Shown piece after piece: positions 1 through 9,497 of a stretch of 64,000 nucleotides of DNA (position 1 is the stretch's first letter; every line of letters begins with the position of its first letter). The notes under the pieces were generated by a model that saw only the letters and a list, made by a program, of their open reading frames with translations, did no database searches and was not told where the DNA came from. Both the position numbers and the translations under genes were made by a program. This stretch comes from Oscillospiraceae bacterium (GTDB lineage: Bacteria > Bacillota > Clostridia > Christensenellales > Aristaeellaceae): contig JAIRSO010000020.1 of assembly GCA_031255415.1 (NCBI GenBank), forward strand, positions 27,405 through 91,404. Direction: 5' to 3'.

Positions 1-31
1 GCCGCCGGATCAGTCTCTGCGCGAGAGGCTG

Positions 32-1480
32 TTGATGGACGGCGTGCGCGTGCGCGCGAACCAGACCCCGCCCTGGGCTGGATTGGCGGTCGCGCTGGGG
101 CTGGCGGGCGGGATCATACTGTATAAACGCGCGGGCAAGCGCTCGTCGTCGGGGTTGTCGGTCGGCGAGCAGATACCGGGCACGCGGTTTGACGACGTGG
201 CGGCGCAGGACGAGGCGGTGGACTCGTTGCGCGGGCTTGTGGAGTTTATAAAGGATCCCGAGAAATACGAGCGTTTCGGCGCGAGGATACCGCGCGGGAT
301 GCTGTTGTACGGCCCGCCTGGCACGGGCAAGACGCTGCTGGCGCGGGCGCTGGCAGGCGAGGCTGGAGTGCCGTTCTTCAACGTGTGCGGATCGGACTTC
401 GTGCAGATGTACGTCGGGGTGGGCGCGGGGCGCGTGCGCGACCTGTTTAGAAAAGTTCGCGCCGCTGGCAAGGCCGTGTTATTCATCGACGAGATAGACG
501 CGCTGGGTCGCCGCCGCGACCAGCATGGCAACGAGGAGCGCGAACAGACGCTCAACGCCCTGCTCACGGAGATGAGCGGGTTCCGGGGCGATCACGGTAT
601 AGTCGTACTCGCGGCGACCAACCGCCCCGATATGCTGGACGAGGCGTTGACCCGTCCGGGTCGGTTCGATCGGCAGATAGAGGTCGGGCTACCCACCCGC
701 GCGCAGAGGCTTCAGATACTGAAGGTTCACGCCAGAAACAAGCCGCTCTCCGAGGACGTTGATCTGGATCGGCTGGCGTACAACGCGGTATATTTCTCCG
801 GCGCGAAGCTGGAGAGCCTGCTCAACGAGGCCGCCATACGCGCGGCGCGGCGCAACGCGGAGCGGATCGAGCCGGACGATATCGAGTATTCGTTTGAAAC
901 GGTAATGGTAGGCGAACAGAAGCAGGATCGCAGCGGGTTCAGCGAACGCGAGCGGACTATCACGGCTTATCACGAGGCGGGGCACGCGCTCGCGACCGCG
1001 AAACTGCTGCCCGAGAGTAAGCTGACGCGTTTATCCATCATCCCGTCCACAAAGGGAATGGCGGGTTACAGCATGGCGGTGCAGCCGGATCGGATGTTCC
1101 AAACGCGCGCCGAACTGGAGGCTCACGTGGCTATCGCGCTGGCGGGACGCGCGGCGGAGGAGTTGATATTTGGGCATCGGCAGATTACCACGGGCGCGTC
1201 CAACGATCTTGTCCGCGCGACGGAGATGGTAACGCGAATGGCTCTTGAGTGGGGCATGGACGACGAGCTGGGGCTTCCGGTGCGGAGGGTGCTGGGGCAG
1301 TATGGCTTGAACGGCGGCGCGGAGGCGAAGCAGGTGAAGGAACGGCTAGACCTGTTATATAAAGTGACGCTTCGTCTGCTCGATAATGAAAAGGATACGC
1401 TTCGGATGCTGGCGGAGGCGCTGCTGCGCGAGGAACTGCTCAACGAGGATCGGTTGAGGGAATTGCTGACGGCGGCTTGA
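32..1480 (+). CDS. ftsH: FtsH-family AAA+ ATP-dependent zinc metalloprotease (true 5' end may lie off-window)
   Basis: Walker A GPPGTGKT and Walker [17 protein letters not shown] zinc motif in the C-terminal protease domain. N-terminal TM segment [17 protein letters not shown]. The frame has no stop upstream back to position 2. Confidence 0.9.
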   Translation: MMDGVRVRANQTPPWAGLAVALGLAGGIILYKRAGKRSSSGLSVGEQIPGTRFDDVAAQDEAVDSLRGLVEFIKDPEKYERFGARIPRGMLLYGPPGTGKTLLARALAGEAGVPFFNVCGSDFVQMYVGVGAGRVRDLFRKVRAAGKAVLFIDEIDALGRRRDQHGNEEREQTLNALLTEMSGFRGDHGIVVLAATNRPDMLDEALTRPGRFDRQIEVGLPTRAQRLQILKVHARNKPLSEDVDLDRLAYNAVYFSGAKLESLLNEAAIRAARRNAERIEPDDIEYSFETVMVGEQKQDRSGFSERERTITAYHEAGHALATAKLLPESKLTRLSIIPSTKGMAGYSMAVQPDRMFQTRAELEAHVAIALAGRAAEELIFGHRQITTGASNDLVRATEMVTRMALEWGMDDELGLPVRRVLGQYGLNGGAEAKQVKERLDLLYKVTLRLLDNEKDTLRMLAEALLREELLNEDRLRELLTAA

Positions 1481-1512
1481 GTTAGAGACGATTGAATATT
1501 GGTAGGAACGCA

Positions 1513-1570
1513 AGCCCCCTTGTCGCCCCATTGAAGGGAGACGCCGCGAAGCGACAGAGGGGGCTTTTTT
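1513..1570 (+). terminator. Intrinsic terminator after ftsH, nested inside an outer inverted repeat (1502-1512 / 1588-1598)
   Basis: Stem AGCCCCCTTGTCGC ... GCGACAGAGGGGGCT followed by TTTTTT. Outer arms are GTAGGAACGCA / TGCGTTCCTAC. Confidence 0.75.
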
Positions 1571-1634
1571 CATCATTGCGGCAAGGGTGCGTTCCTACAT
1601 ACTACGCCAGCCTAAATAACGCGTTCCATCTTCG

Positions 1635-3005
1635 TCATTCAAGATCGATGGTCAGGCTGCCGGACGCGGTCATCACGCTTACCGGAATCTCGCCCGTGCC
1701 TATTGTGCCTTCCTTCAGCCCGCGGCTTGATATTACCCCGGTCTGATTCGACCCGCAGTGTAATCCGCCGCTGGCTGTCTTAAACGAGTATCTTATCCCC
1801 GATCCGCGCGGGAAGACCAGCTTTACGCTGCCCGAAGCCGTTCCGACACGCGTCGGCACGGCTTTGTTCAGGTTCAGCGTCACCGAGCCGCTTGACGCGC
1901 CGGCTTCCACTTTGCCTATATCGGCGTCATCTAAGCGTATGCTCCCGGACGCGGACTCAAACCGCGCCTCCGCGCTGTACACGCTCGCGCCGGATATACG
2001 CCCGCTGGACGCTCCCGCGTACAGCGCGCCCGCGCATTTCACGTTTGCGAGCGATATCCCGCCGCTGCTTGACCTAACCGATAACGAGCCCGCCGACACT
2101 TCGGATAGCTTCGCGCCGCCGCTGGTCGTGGACGCCTCTATATCCTGTTCGGCGTTCAGGCGCGATATGGTCTGCGTGCCGCTGTTCGTTTTCGCGCGGA
2201 CGATAGCCGCGCCCACTTCCGTGATGGTCAGGTTGCCGGAGTTGGCTTCTATCGTCAGAGCGCCGCACACGGAATTGGATATAGCCGACCCGCCCGACGA
2301 CGTTCTGATGTTCAGCGTCCCGCCCGCGTCCACCCCGCGCGCGCTAACGCTGCCGCTGTTCGAGTACAAAGACGCTTGCGCGGCGCGCAATGAGTCCACG
2401 TCCACGCTGCCCGACGAGTCCTTGATTATCACATTCTTAAACAATACCTTGCGCGGCGCGAGCACGTACAGCGTGCCCTTTAACGATGATCGATGCAGGC
2501 CGAACATGTCCAGGCTGATGGTTCTGGCGTACTGCTGATGAACCTGTTGGATCAAGATCTGCCCGTCCTCGCACGACGCCTCTATTCTGGGATAATCATC
2601 CCGCGCGTTGGTGCGCACGCCTTCAAACCTCACGTCCAGCGTGTCCGCGCTGCCGGACTCCACACGCACCCGCACGCTGGTAACGTCGATGGTCAGGCTT
2701 GGTTCCGGCGGCACGGGCAAAGACCACGAAGCGTTGTACGTTTGTCGGCCGATGAAGTCCGCCGCCGCTCCGGACGGCTCCCACGAGTCCGCGCCGGAGT
2801 CATTCGAGCCTGCGAAAGCCTCGATGTACGCTTGAGCGAGTTCCGCAGGATCGCCCAGCCTTTCTGCCAGCGATTCCTCCGTCATGCCGGCTTCGGTTCC
2901 CTCGATGAAATGCTGGTTGATGTCCTCCAGCACCTCCCTGCGCCTGTCTGGCGTTAACTGCCCCAGCATGCTGTGCAGGCGCATTATGTATGAGTCGCGC
3001 GTCAT
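1635..3005 (-). CDS. DUF1700 (HAAS)-like N-terminal helical domain fused to a DUF4097-like repetitive beta-rich domain
   Basis: The N-terminus MTRDSYIMRLHSMLGQLTPDRRREVLEDINQHFIEG...LGDPAELAQAYIEAF matches the DUF1700 pattern. The remainder is Ser/Gly-rich repeats (SGSV.., TSSGG.., ASSGSV..) typical of DUF4097. Its ATG overlaps the padR stop (ATGA). I see no TM segment. Confidence 0.7.
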   Translation of the reverse strand: MTRDSYIMRLHSMLGQLTPDRRREVLEDINQHFIEGTEAGMTEESLAERLGDPAELAQAYIEAFAGSNDSGADSWEPSGAAADFIGRQTYNASWSLPVPPEPSLTIDVTSVRVRVESGSADTLDVRFEGVRTNARDDYPRIEASCEDGQILIQQVHQQYARTISLDMFGLHRSSLKGTLYVLAPRKVLFKNVIIKDSSGSVDVDSLRAAQASLYSNSGSVSARGVDAGGTLNIRTSSGGSAISNSVCGALTIEANSGNLTITEVGAAIVRAKTNSGTQTISRLNAEQDIEASTTSGGAKLSEVSAGSLSVRSSSGGISLANVKCAGALYAGASSGRISGASVYSAEARFESASGSIRLDDADIGKVEAGASSGSVTLNLNKAVPTRVGTASGSVKLVFPRGSGIRYSFKTASGGLHCGSNQTGVISSRGLKEGTIGTGEIPVSVMTASGSLTIDLE

Positions 3006-3373
3006 GGGTTTGGCTCCTCCCTTCGCGGGCGCGGATCGTCCGCCGCGCCTTCGTTACTGCCGCGCGACGCGCTAAGCAGTTTGTCAACCCCGGCGCTGAA
3101 TCCGCGCCAGGCCCGCAGCATCTCCTGGCAGCGATCGCGGCCTTCGCTGGTGATCCGGTAGTATTTACGGGGCGGACCTTCTGACGACTCGCGCAGATAC
3201 GTCGTGAGCAGATCCTCGTCGCGCAGGCGTTTGAGCAGGGGATAGATCGTCCCCTCCGACATGCCCACGCTTGTGGATACCAGGCTTACCAACTCAAACC
3301 CGTAGCAGTCCTTTTGATCCAGCAGCGCCAGGACGCACAGTTCCAGCACGCCCTTCTTGAGCTGGACGTTCAT
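3002..3373 (-). CDS. PadR-family winged-helix transcriptional regulator
   Basis: MNVQLKKGVLELCVLALLDQKDCYGFELV...GTIYPLLKRLRDEDLL is the PadR signature. The ATG at 3373 is preceded by GAGGGAG. The longer tracked ORF (to 3574) runs through the promoter, so it is trimmed. Confidence 0.85.
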   Translation of the reverse strand: MNVQLKKGVLELCVLALLDQKDCYGFELVSLVSTSVGMSEGTIYPLLKRLRDEDLLTTYLRESSEGPPRKYYRITSEGRDRCQEMLRAWRGFSAGVDKLLSASRGSNEGAADDPRPRREEPNP

Positions 3374-3427
3374 CTCCCTCGCGTTCACATGGCCTAACCT
3401 CCATTCGTGCGGGATACGGTAGCGTTC

Positions 3428-3478
3428 GATACTATGTATCTTGCAATGCATTATACCGCGGCGCGGAGCGCGTGTCAA
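3428..3478 (-). promoter_or_regulatory. padR operon promoter with a candidate operator palindrome
   Basis: Minus strand reads TTGACA (3473-3478), 17 nt, TATAAT (3450-3455). The palindrome GATAC-N3-GTATC at 3428-3440 lies just downstream of the -10. Confidence 0.6.
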
Positions 3479-3645
3479 TAGTAAAATACAAAAAAACGGC
3501 GCGCGAATAATGCGGTTTCGCCCGCGAACAAAAACAGTGGCGCAACGGCTCGATATGCTGTATACTGAAAGCATAAGCTGCGAACGGGCGCGGCGGGCGT
3601 AGCCGGTCCGTGTAATAACAAACCAACGGCAAGGGAGGGGTAAGG

Positions 3646-4065
3646 TTGATCAGGGTAATATGCGGGAAAAAGGGCACGGGCAAGACCAAGCGGATCATCG
3701 ACCAAGCGAACGAGTCGATCAAGGAGCAGAAGGGCGACGTGCTCTTTCTGGACGACGACAATAGGTATATGTTCGACCTGCGGCACGAGATCCGTTTCAT
3801 CAACGCGAGCGAGTACGGCGTTCACACGGGAGAGATGTTCTACGGGTTCGTATGCGGACTGCTGGCGCAGAATTTCGACGTGAGCCTGGTGTTCGTGGAC
3901 GCGTTCCTCAAACTGACCGGCTGCGCGAAGGGCGGGATCGAGAAACTCGAATGGCTGTTTGATAAACTGAACAGGATAGGCAAACAGCATTCCGTGCGTT
4001 TCGTGTTAAGCGTAAGCGGCGATCCGCAGGAAGTCCCAGAGTTTGTAAGACAATACTGCATATGA
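3646..4065 (+). CDS. Small P-loop NTPase-like protein of unknown function (139 aa)
   Basis: Walker A-like GKKGTGKT at residues 7-14 and Walker B-like VLFLDDD. TTG start preceded by GGGAGGGG. Its stop overlaps the thrC ATG (ATGA). Confidence 0.55.
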   Translation: MIRVICGKKGTGKTKRIIDQANESIKEQKGDVLFLDDDNRYMFDLRHEIRFINASEYGVHTGEMFYGFVCGLLAQNFDVSLVFVDAFLKLTGCAKGGIEKLEWLFDKLNRIGKQHSVRFVLSVSGDPQEVPEFVRQYCI

Positions 4066-5558
4066 CAAGGCCGGGATCGGAACGGCTTGTATCAACGCGC
4101 GGCGGCGGAGCGGTTACCGCGGCTCGCGCCGTCCTTACCGGGCCTGCGCCCGACGGCGGACTGTACGCGCCGGAGTATCTCCCTTACTTATCTTTAGGCG
4201 CGATAGAGGCGCTGGCGGGGCTGGATTATGCCGGGCGCGCTTCGTTTATATTGAATCTTCTGCTGCCCGCGTTCGGAGCGGAGGCGTTGTCGGAGGCCGC
4301 TGGGCGCGCGTACTCGCGGTTCGGCGGCGCGGACGCGGCTCCGCTGCGCGGGCTGTCCGACGATCGTTATATATTGGAACTGTATCATGGGCCGACCCTG
4401 GCGTTCAAGGATTTCGCGCTCCAGCTGCTGCCCGATCTGATGAGCCAGTCGGCGAGGCTTGAGCGCGATTCGGCTAAGAGGCTGATATTGGCCGCGACTT
4501 CCGGCGATACGGGCAAGGCCGCGCTGGAGGCGTTCGCGGATCAACCGGACTGCGCCATCGCCGTGTTTTATCCGAGGGAAGGGGTAAGCGAGGCGCAGCG
4601 GCTGCAGATGATCACCCAAAGAGGCGCGAACACGCTCGTAGCGGCGGTGCGCGGCAGTTTTGACGACGCGCAGGCCGGGGTAAAGCGGCTGTTCGCGAGC
4701 GAGGCGTTCCGTCGATCGGCGAGGGAGAGAGGGTATACCCTTACCTCGGCGAACAGCATCAACTACGGACGGCTCGCGCCGCAGATAGTATATTATTTTT
4801 CCGCGTATGCCGACCTTATCAAGCGCGGCGCGATCAACGCGGGGCGGTTGGTTCACTTCTGCGTGCCCACCGGGAATTTCGGGAACATACTGGCTGGCGA
4901 TTACGCGCGGCGTATCGGACTGCCCATAGGCAAACTGATATGCGCGTCCAACAGCAACCATATATTGACGGATTTCTTTGAATCCGGCGTGTACGACGCG
5001 CGGCGGGAGTTCCTCGTCACGTCCTCGCCGGCTATGGATATCCTGGTTTCGTCGAACCTGGAGCGGTTTGTGTTCGAGACGGCGGGGAGGGACGCGGCGC
5101 GCGTATCGGGTTGGATGGACTCGCTGAAACATAACGGATGGTTCGGTCTGGATGAAACGGAGCGCGCGGCGATCAACTCGCGCATTCTGTCGGGGTGGAC
5201 GGGCGAGGACGCTGTCCGGGAAGCGATATCGAGGGTATGGAAAACCTGCCGCGTGCTGATCGATCCACATACCGCGGTGGGGTTGGATGTGCTGGAGCGA
5301 GTCCAGCCGGACGATGGTAATCCAGCGGTTGTGGTATCCACAGCCAGTCCGTTTAAGTTTGGCAAGGAAGTCGCGCGCGCGATATTGTCCGGCGTGCCTG
5401 AAGGCGCGTCGGATTTCGACTGCTGCCGGATGGTAGCGGAAGAGGCTGGAGTCGAGGTTCCGCCGTCGATAGAGGAACTGCCCGGGCTTCCGGTGCGGCA
5501 TAAGCATAGATGCGAACCATCCGGCATGGAGGAGATCGTCGCTGAAATGATAGCGTGA
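4062..5558 (+). CDS. thrC: Threonine synthase
   Basis: PLP-lysine motif PTLAFKDFALQ, the GGLYAPE N-terminal motif, and a length of about 500 aa. Confidence 0.9.
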   Translation: MTRPGSERLVSTRGGGAVTAARAVLTGPAPDGGLYAPEYLPYLSLGAIEALAGLDYAGRASFILNLLLPAFGAEALSEAAGRAYSRFGGADAAPLRGLSDDRYILELYHGPTLAFKDFALQLLPDLMSQSARLERDSAKRLILAATSGDTGKAALEAFADQPDCAIAVFYPREGVSEAQRLQMITQRGANTLVAAVRGSFDDAQAGVKRLFASEAFRRSARERGYTLTSANSINYGRLAPQIVYYFSAYADLIKRGAINAGRLVHFCVPTGNFGNILAGDYARRIGLPIGKLICASNSNHILTDFFESGVYDARREFLVTSSPAMDILVSSNLERFVFETAGRDAARVSGWMDSLKHNGWFGLDETERAAINSRILSGWTGEDAVREAISRVWKTCRVLIDPHTAVGLDVLERVQPDDGNPAVVVSTASPFKFGKEVARAILSGVPEGASDFDCCRMVAEEAGVEVPPSIEELPGLPVRHKHRCEPSGMEEIVAEMIA

Positions 5559-5702
5559 CGCGAGCGGTTCCGTATGGCGAGGGGGCGTTGCGAAAGAGGG
5601 CATTCATCCGTCGGAACCGCCATACCCCGCGAAACGCATGTATTGCATTTTCGATCCGGACAGGCATAATAAACCTATCAACCAATCACGGGGAGGTATC
5701 CA

Positions 5703-8700
5703 ATGCTTTACCCGACATCCAAAGCGCCCGCGTTGGACGGCGCGGTGTTCGCCAATCCGCCGCGCGAATACCGAGGCGCGCCGTTCTGGGCATGGAACGC
5801 GGATATGACTCCGGAAATGCTCGTCGAACAGATCGATATACTCAAGGAAATGGGTCTGGGCGGATTCCATATGCATAGCCGCAGCGGCATGGCCGTTCCA
5901 TACCTGAGCGATCGATTCATGAACCTGGTCAAGGCGTGCGTGGATAAGGCGCGCAAGGAAGGCATGCGCGCGTACCTGTACGACGAGGATCGCTGGCCTT
6001 CGGGCGCGGCGGGCGGCCTCGTCACCAAAGATATCCAATACCGCGCGCGGGTCCTGCGTTTCACGGCCTCGCGCCGCGCCGACCTGGAGCTTATCGCCGG
6101 CTACGCCATCGAACTGGATCAAAACGGATGCATCGCCGCGTACCGGAGGCTGTCCGATGGCGAGAGCGCGAAACCCGGAGAAATCCAACGATACGCGTAC
6201 TTGGAGATACAGCCGCCCAGCTCTTGGTATAACAACGAGGCGTATCTGGATACGCTCAATCCAGCCGCGGTCAAGCGGTTCATCGACGTTACGCACGAAC
6301 GCTACGCGCAGTGCGTCGGCGACGACTTCGGCGGCGTGGTGCCTTCCATATTCACGGACGAGCCGCAGTTTTCGCGCAAGCGCATGCTGGGCTTCGCGGA
6401 CAGCGAAGACGACGCGGTGCTGCCGTGGACGAACGACTTCCCAGGTACGTATCAAGCCGAGTATGGAGAGGATCCGCTGTCCAAACTGCCGGAATTATTC
6501 TACGACCTGCCCGGCGGCGCCCCGTCCTCCACTCGCTATCAGTACCACGCGCATATATCCGACCGCTTCGCTCAAGCGTTCGCCGACCAGATCGGCCAGT
6601 GGTGCGGGAAACACGGCCTGGCGCTGACCGGGCACATGATGGAGGAACCCACCCTGCTCAGCCAAACCGAGGCGCTGGGCGAGGTGATGCGCTCGCTCGC
6701 CGCGTTCCAGATCCCCGGCATAGACATGCTGTGCGACCGCTACGAGTATACCACCGCCAAACAAGCCTCGTCCATCGCGCGGCAGTACGGGCGCGACGGC
6801 GTGCTGTCCGAATTGTACGGCGTGACCGGATGGCATTACGACTTCAGGGGGCATAAACTGCAGGGGGATTGGCAGGCGGCGCTGGGCGTGACCCTGCGCG
6901 TGCATCATCTAAGCTGGGTATCGATGCGCGGCGCGGCAAAGCGCGATTACCCCGCGTCGATATTCTATCAATCGCCTTGGTATAAGGAGTATCCCATCAT
7001 AGAGGATCACTTCGCGCGCGTGAACGCGGCGCTTACCCGAGGCAAGCCGCTATGCCGCGTCGCGGTGATACACCCTGTGGAAACATACTGGCTGCTGTAC
7101 GGCCCGATGGAACAATCGCACGAGAAACGCGAGGAGCTGGACAGACAGTTCCAAACCCTGACCGCCGGACTGCTCAACGGATTGATCGACTTCGACTACA
7201 TAAGCGAGGCGCTGCTCCCGGGACAGGCGAAGAATATCGGAGGCAAAACCCTCGACGTAGGCGAAATGTCATACGACGCGGTGCTCGCGCCCAATATGCG
7301 CACGATGCGCTCCGGTACCGTCGATATACTCGCCGCGTTCAAGGACGCGGGCGGCGCGCTGTTCTTCGTCGGCGAGGCTCCCACGCTGGAGAACGCGAAG
7401 GAGTCCGAGCGCGTCAAGGCTCTAGCCTGCGGCGCTAAGCGTCTGCCTATGTCCATGCCCCCCATACTCGAGGCGCTGGAACCGTATCGGTTCGCGGATG
7501 TTCGCGACGAGCGCGGCGTGCGTCCGGAGTCGCTGGTGTATCAAGCCAGGGAGGACGAGGACGCGAGATGGCTGTTCATCGCGAACGGCGCGGCTCCGCT
7601 TAACCCGGATGTACCGATAGGCAAACGGCTGACCATCCGCGTAAAAGGATTGTGGACGGTCGAGGAATACGATACGCAGACCGGCGATATCCGTCCGATC
7701 GGCGCGCGGCGGCGCGGCGGCGAGACGCGTATTGACGCGCGGTGGTTCGATCACACCAGTATACTGCTGCGCTTAACGCCGGGAAGCGCGGAGGATTCTC
7801 CCATAACAGCCGCGGCGGCGTGGTCCGCGCCAGCCAAACCCAACCTTGTATGGGAAACAGCGCGCGTAAAACTCTCCGAGCCGAACGTGCTGCTAATGGA
7901 TAAAGCCGAGTACAAGCTGGATAACGGCGAATGGGAACCATTGACCGAACTGCTTCGCATAGAGAAGGCCGTGCGCGAGCGCGTCAACTATCCGAACCGA
8001 AGCGGGCAATTGGCGCAGCCGTGGCTCTCGCCCGAGTTGCCGAGGTTCGAGCATTACGTGACGATGCGCTTCCCGATATCCAACGATATTCATCTGAAGG
8101 ATCTCAAACTCGCCATCGAAAGCCCGGGGCTATGCAGGATCAGCCTGGACGGCGATCTCATCGAGGCGAAGCCCGACGGCTGGTGGGTGGATAAGTCCAT
8201 CGAGACGATCCCGCTGCCCGAAATGAAGATAGGACGCCACACGCTGGAGGTCGTCGCGCCGATAGGGCTGCGCACGGGGCTGGAGTGGTGCTATCTGCTG
8301 GGCGACTTCGGCGTGAAGCTGCAGGGCGCGTATAGGAAACTGGTCGCGCCCGTGAGGGAACTGGGTTTTGGCGATTGGTCAAGCCAGGGACTGCCGTTCT
8401 ACGCCGGAAACGTGACGTATGAACTGCCGCTGCATCTAACCCGCAACGCGCGCGTGACGCTTGAGATTCCGCAGTACCGCAACCCGCTGCTGTCGGTCGG
8501 GCTGAACAACGAGCCTGTGGGCAGGATCATATACGCGCCGTATACCCTGGAGATGGATGTGCAGGCCGGCAGCCACATCATCACCGTGACCGCGTATGGC
8601 AACCGCGCGAACGCGTTCGGCGCGGTGCATAACTCCAACCCAGCCGAACACTGGCACGGCCCGTCCGCGTGGGAAAGCACGGGCGATTCCTGGAGCGAGG

Positions 8701-8753
8701 AGTATCGGTTGTGGCCGACGGGCGTGCTGGTCAGCCCTAAGGCGTATTGGTGA
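5703..8753 (+). CDS. Large cytoplasmic glycoside hydrolase-like protein (GH106-like; family assignment tentative)
   Basis: The N-terminal PREYRGAPFWAWN...IDILKEMGLGGFHMH and DEDRWPSG motifs resemble large rhamnosidase-like hydrolases. 1016 aa with no signal peptide. Confidence 0.5.
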   Translation: MLYPTSKAPALDGAVFANPPREYRGAPFWAWNADMTPEMLVEQIDILKEMGLGGFHMHSRSGMAVPYLSDRFMNLVKACVDKARKEGMRAYLYDEDRWPSGAAGGLVTKDIQYRARVLRFTASRRADLELIAGYAIELDQNGCIAAYRRLSDGESAKPGEIQRYAYLEIQPPSSWYNNEAYLDTLNPAAVKRFIDVTHERYAQCVGDDFGGVVPSIFTDEPQFSRKRMLGFADSEDDAVLPWTNDFPGTYQAEYGEDPLSKLPELFYDLPGGAPSSTRYQYHAHISDRFAQAFADQIGQWCGKHGLALTGHMMEEPTLLSQTEALGEVMRSLAAFQIPGIDMLCDRYEYTTAKQASSIARQYGRDGVLSELYGVTGWHYDFRGHKLQGDWQAALGVTLRVHHLSWVSMRGAAKRDYPASIFYQSPWYKEYPIIEDHFARVNAALTRGKPLCRVAVIHPVETYWLLYGPMEQSHEKREELDRQFQTLTAGLLNGLIDFDYISEALLPGQAKNIGGKTLDVGEMSYDAVLAPNMRTMRSGTVDILAAFKDAGGALFFVGEAPTLENAKESERVKALACGAKRLPMSMPPILEALEPYRFADVRDERGVRPESLVYQAREDEDARWLFIANGAAPLNPDVPIGKRLTIRVKGLWTVEEYDTQTGDIRPIGARRRGGETRIDARWFDHTSILLRLTPGSAEDSPITAAAAWSAPAKPNLVWETARVKLSEPNVLLMDKAEYKLDNGEWEPLTELLRIEKAVRERVNYPNRSGQLAQPWLSPELPRFEHYVTMRFPISNDIHLKDLKLAIESPGLCRISLDGDLIEAKPDGWWVDKSIETIPLPEMKIGRHTLEVVAPIGLRTGLEWCYLLGDFGVKLQGAYRKLVAPVRELGFGDWSSQGLPFYAGNVTYELPLHLTRNARVTLEIPQYRNPLLSVGLNNEPVGRIIYAPYTLEMDVQAGSHIITVTAYGNRANAFGAVHNSNPAEHWHGPSAWESTGDSWSEEYRLWPTGVLVSPKAYW

Positions 8754-8832
8754 TGGCGAACGCCGCGAACGGCGCAGGCTAGACGATGGATCGCGCCGGG
8801 ATTTGATTCCGGCGCGGTTCTCCATTTATCCC

Positions 8833-8861
8833 TTGATGACGCCGGCTAAATAAGCTATACT
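8833..8861 (+). promoter_or_regulatory. Sigma-70-type promoter for the XRE-cupin regulator / acyl-CoA synthetase pair
   Basis: TTGATG (8833-8838), 17 nt, TATACT (8856-8861). Preceded by the hairpin CGCGCCGG...CCGGCGCG, which closes the hydrolase gene. Confidence 0.55.
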
Positions 8862-8906
8862 ATTGACCACGCCGCGCGCGTGAATAACTTACGGCAGGGA
8901 CTATAT

Positions 8907-9473
8907 ATGGTTGACTATTGCTCCAGTTCCGTCTCCGACATAGCGCGCAGGATCCGCGAGCTGCGCGGCATATGCGATTATACTCCGGAAGAGATGGCAG
9001 AGGAATGCGCGGTCGCCCCGGACGAATACGCGTCGTATGAGTCCGGCGAGGCGGACATGCCCATCAGCTTCCTGCTCCGGCTTGCCGAGCGCTTCCACGT
9101 GGACATGACCGAGATGATCACCGGCGAAACCCCGCGCCTGTCGGTGTACTGCGTAACGCGCGCGGGCAAAGGGGTCGATACGGAGCGGCGGGAGCATTAC
9201 TCCTACCGGAATCTCGCGTTCAACTTCCTGCGCCGGAAGGTCGAGCCTTTGCACGTGGTGGTCAAGGTCGGCGCGAACCGGGATCTGATCCAGAGCGCGC
9301 ACGAGGGTCAGGAGTTCGACTACGTGCTGTCCGGATTGCTTCGCCTTCGCATAGACGATAAGGACGTTACGCTGCGTCCCGGCGATTCGGTCTACTTTGA
9401 CTCGTCGCATCCGCACGCGCTTCAGGCCGCGGGCGGCGAGGATGTGAATATGCTGGCGATTGTTATCCCATAA
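8907..9473 (+). CDS. XRE-family HTH plus cupin domain transcriptional regulator
   Basis: N-terminal HTH (IARRIRELRGICDYTPEEMAEECAV...YESGE) and C-terminal cupin (GQEFDYVLSG...GDSVYFDSSHPHA). The GTG at 8880 sits too close to the promoter, so the ATG at 8907 is preferred. Confidence 0.8.
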   Translation: MVDYCSSSVSDIARRIRELRGICDYTPEEMAEECAVAPDEYASYESGEADMPISFLLRLAERFHVDMTEMITGETPRLSVYCVTRAGKGVDTERREHYSYRNLAFNFLRRKVEPLHVVVKVGANRDLIQSAHEGQEFDYVLSGLLRLRIDDKDVTLRPGDSVYFDSSHPHALQAAGGEDVNMLAIVIP

Positions 9474-9497
9474 CGATGCAAACAAGGAGCGACGCCG

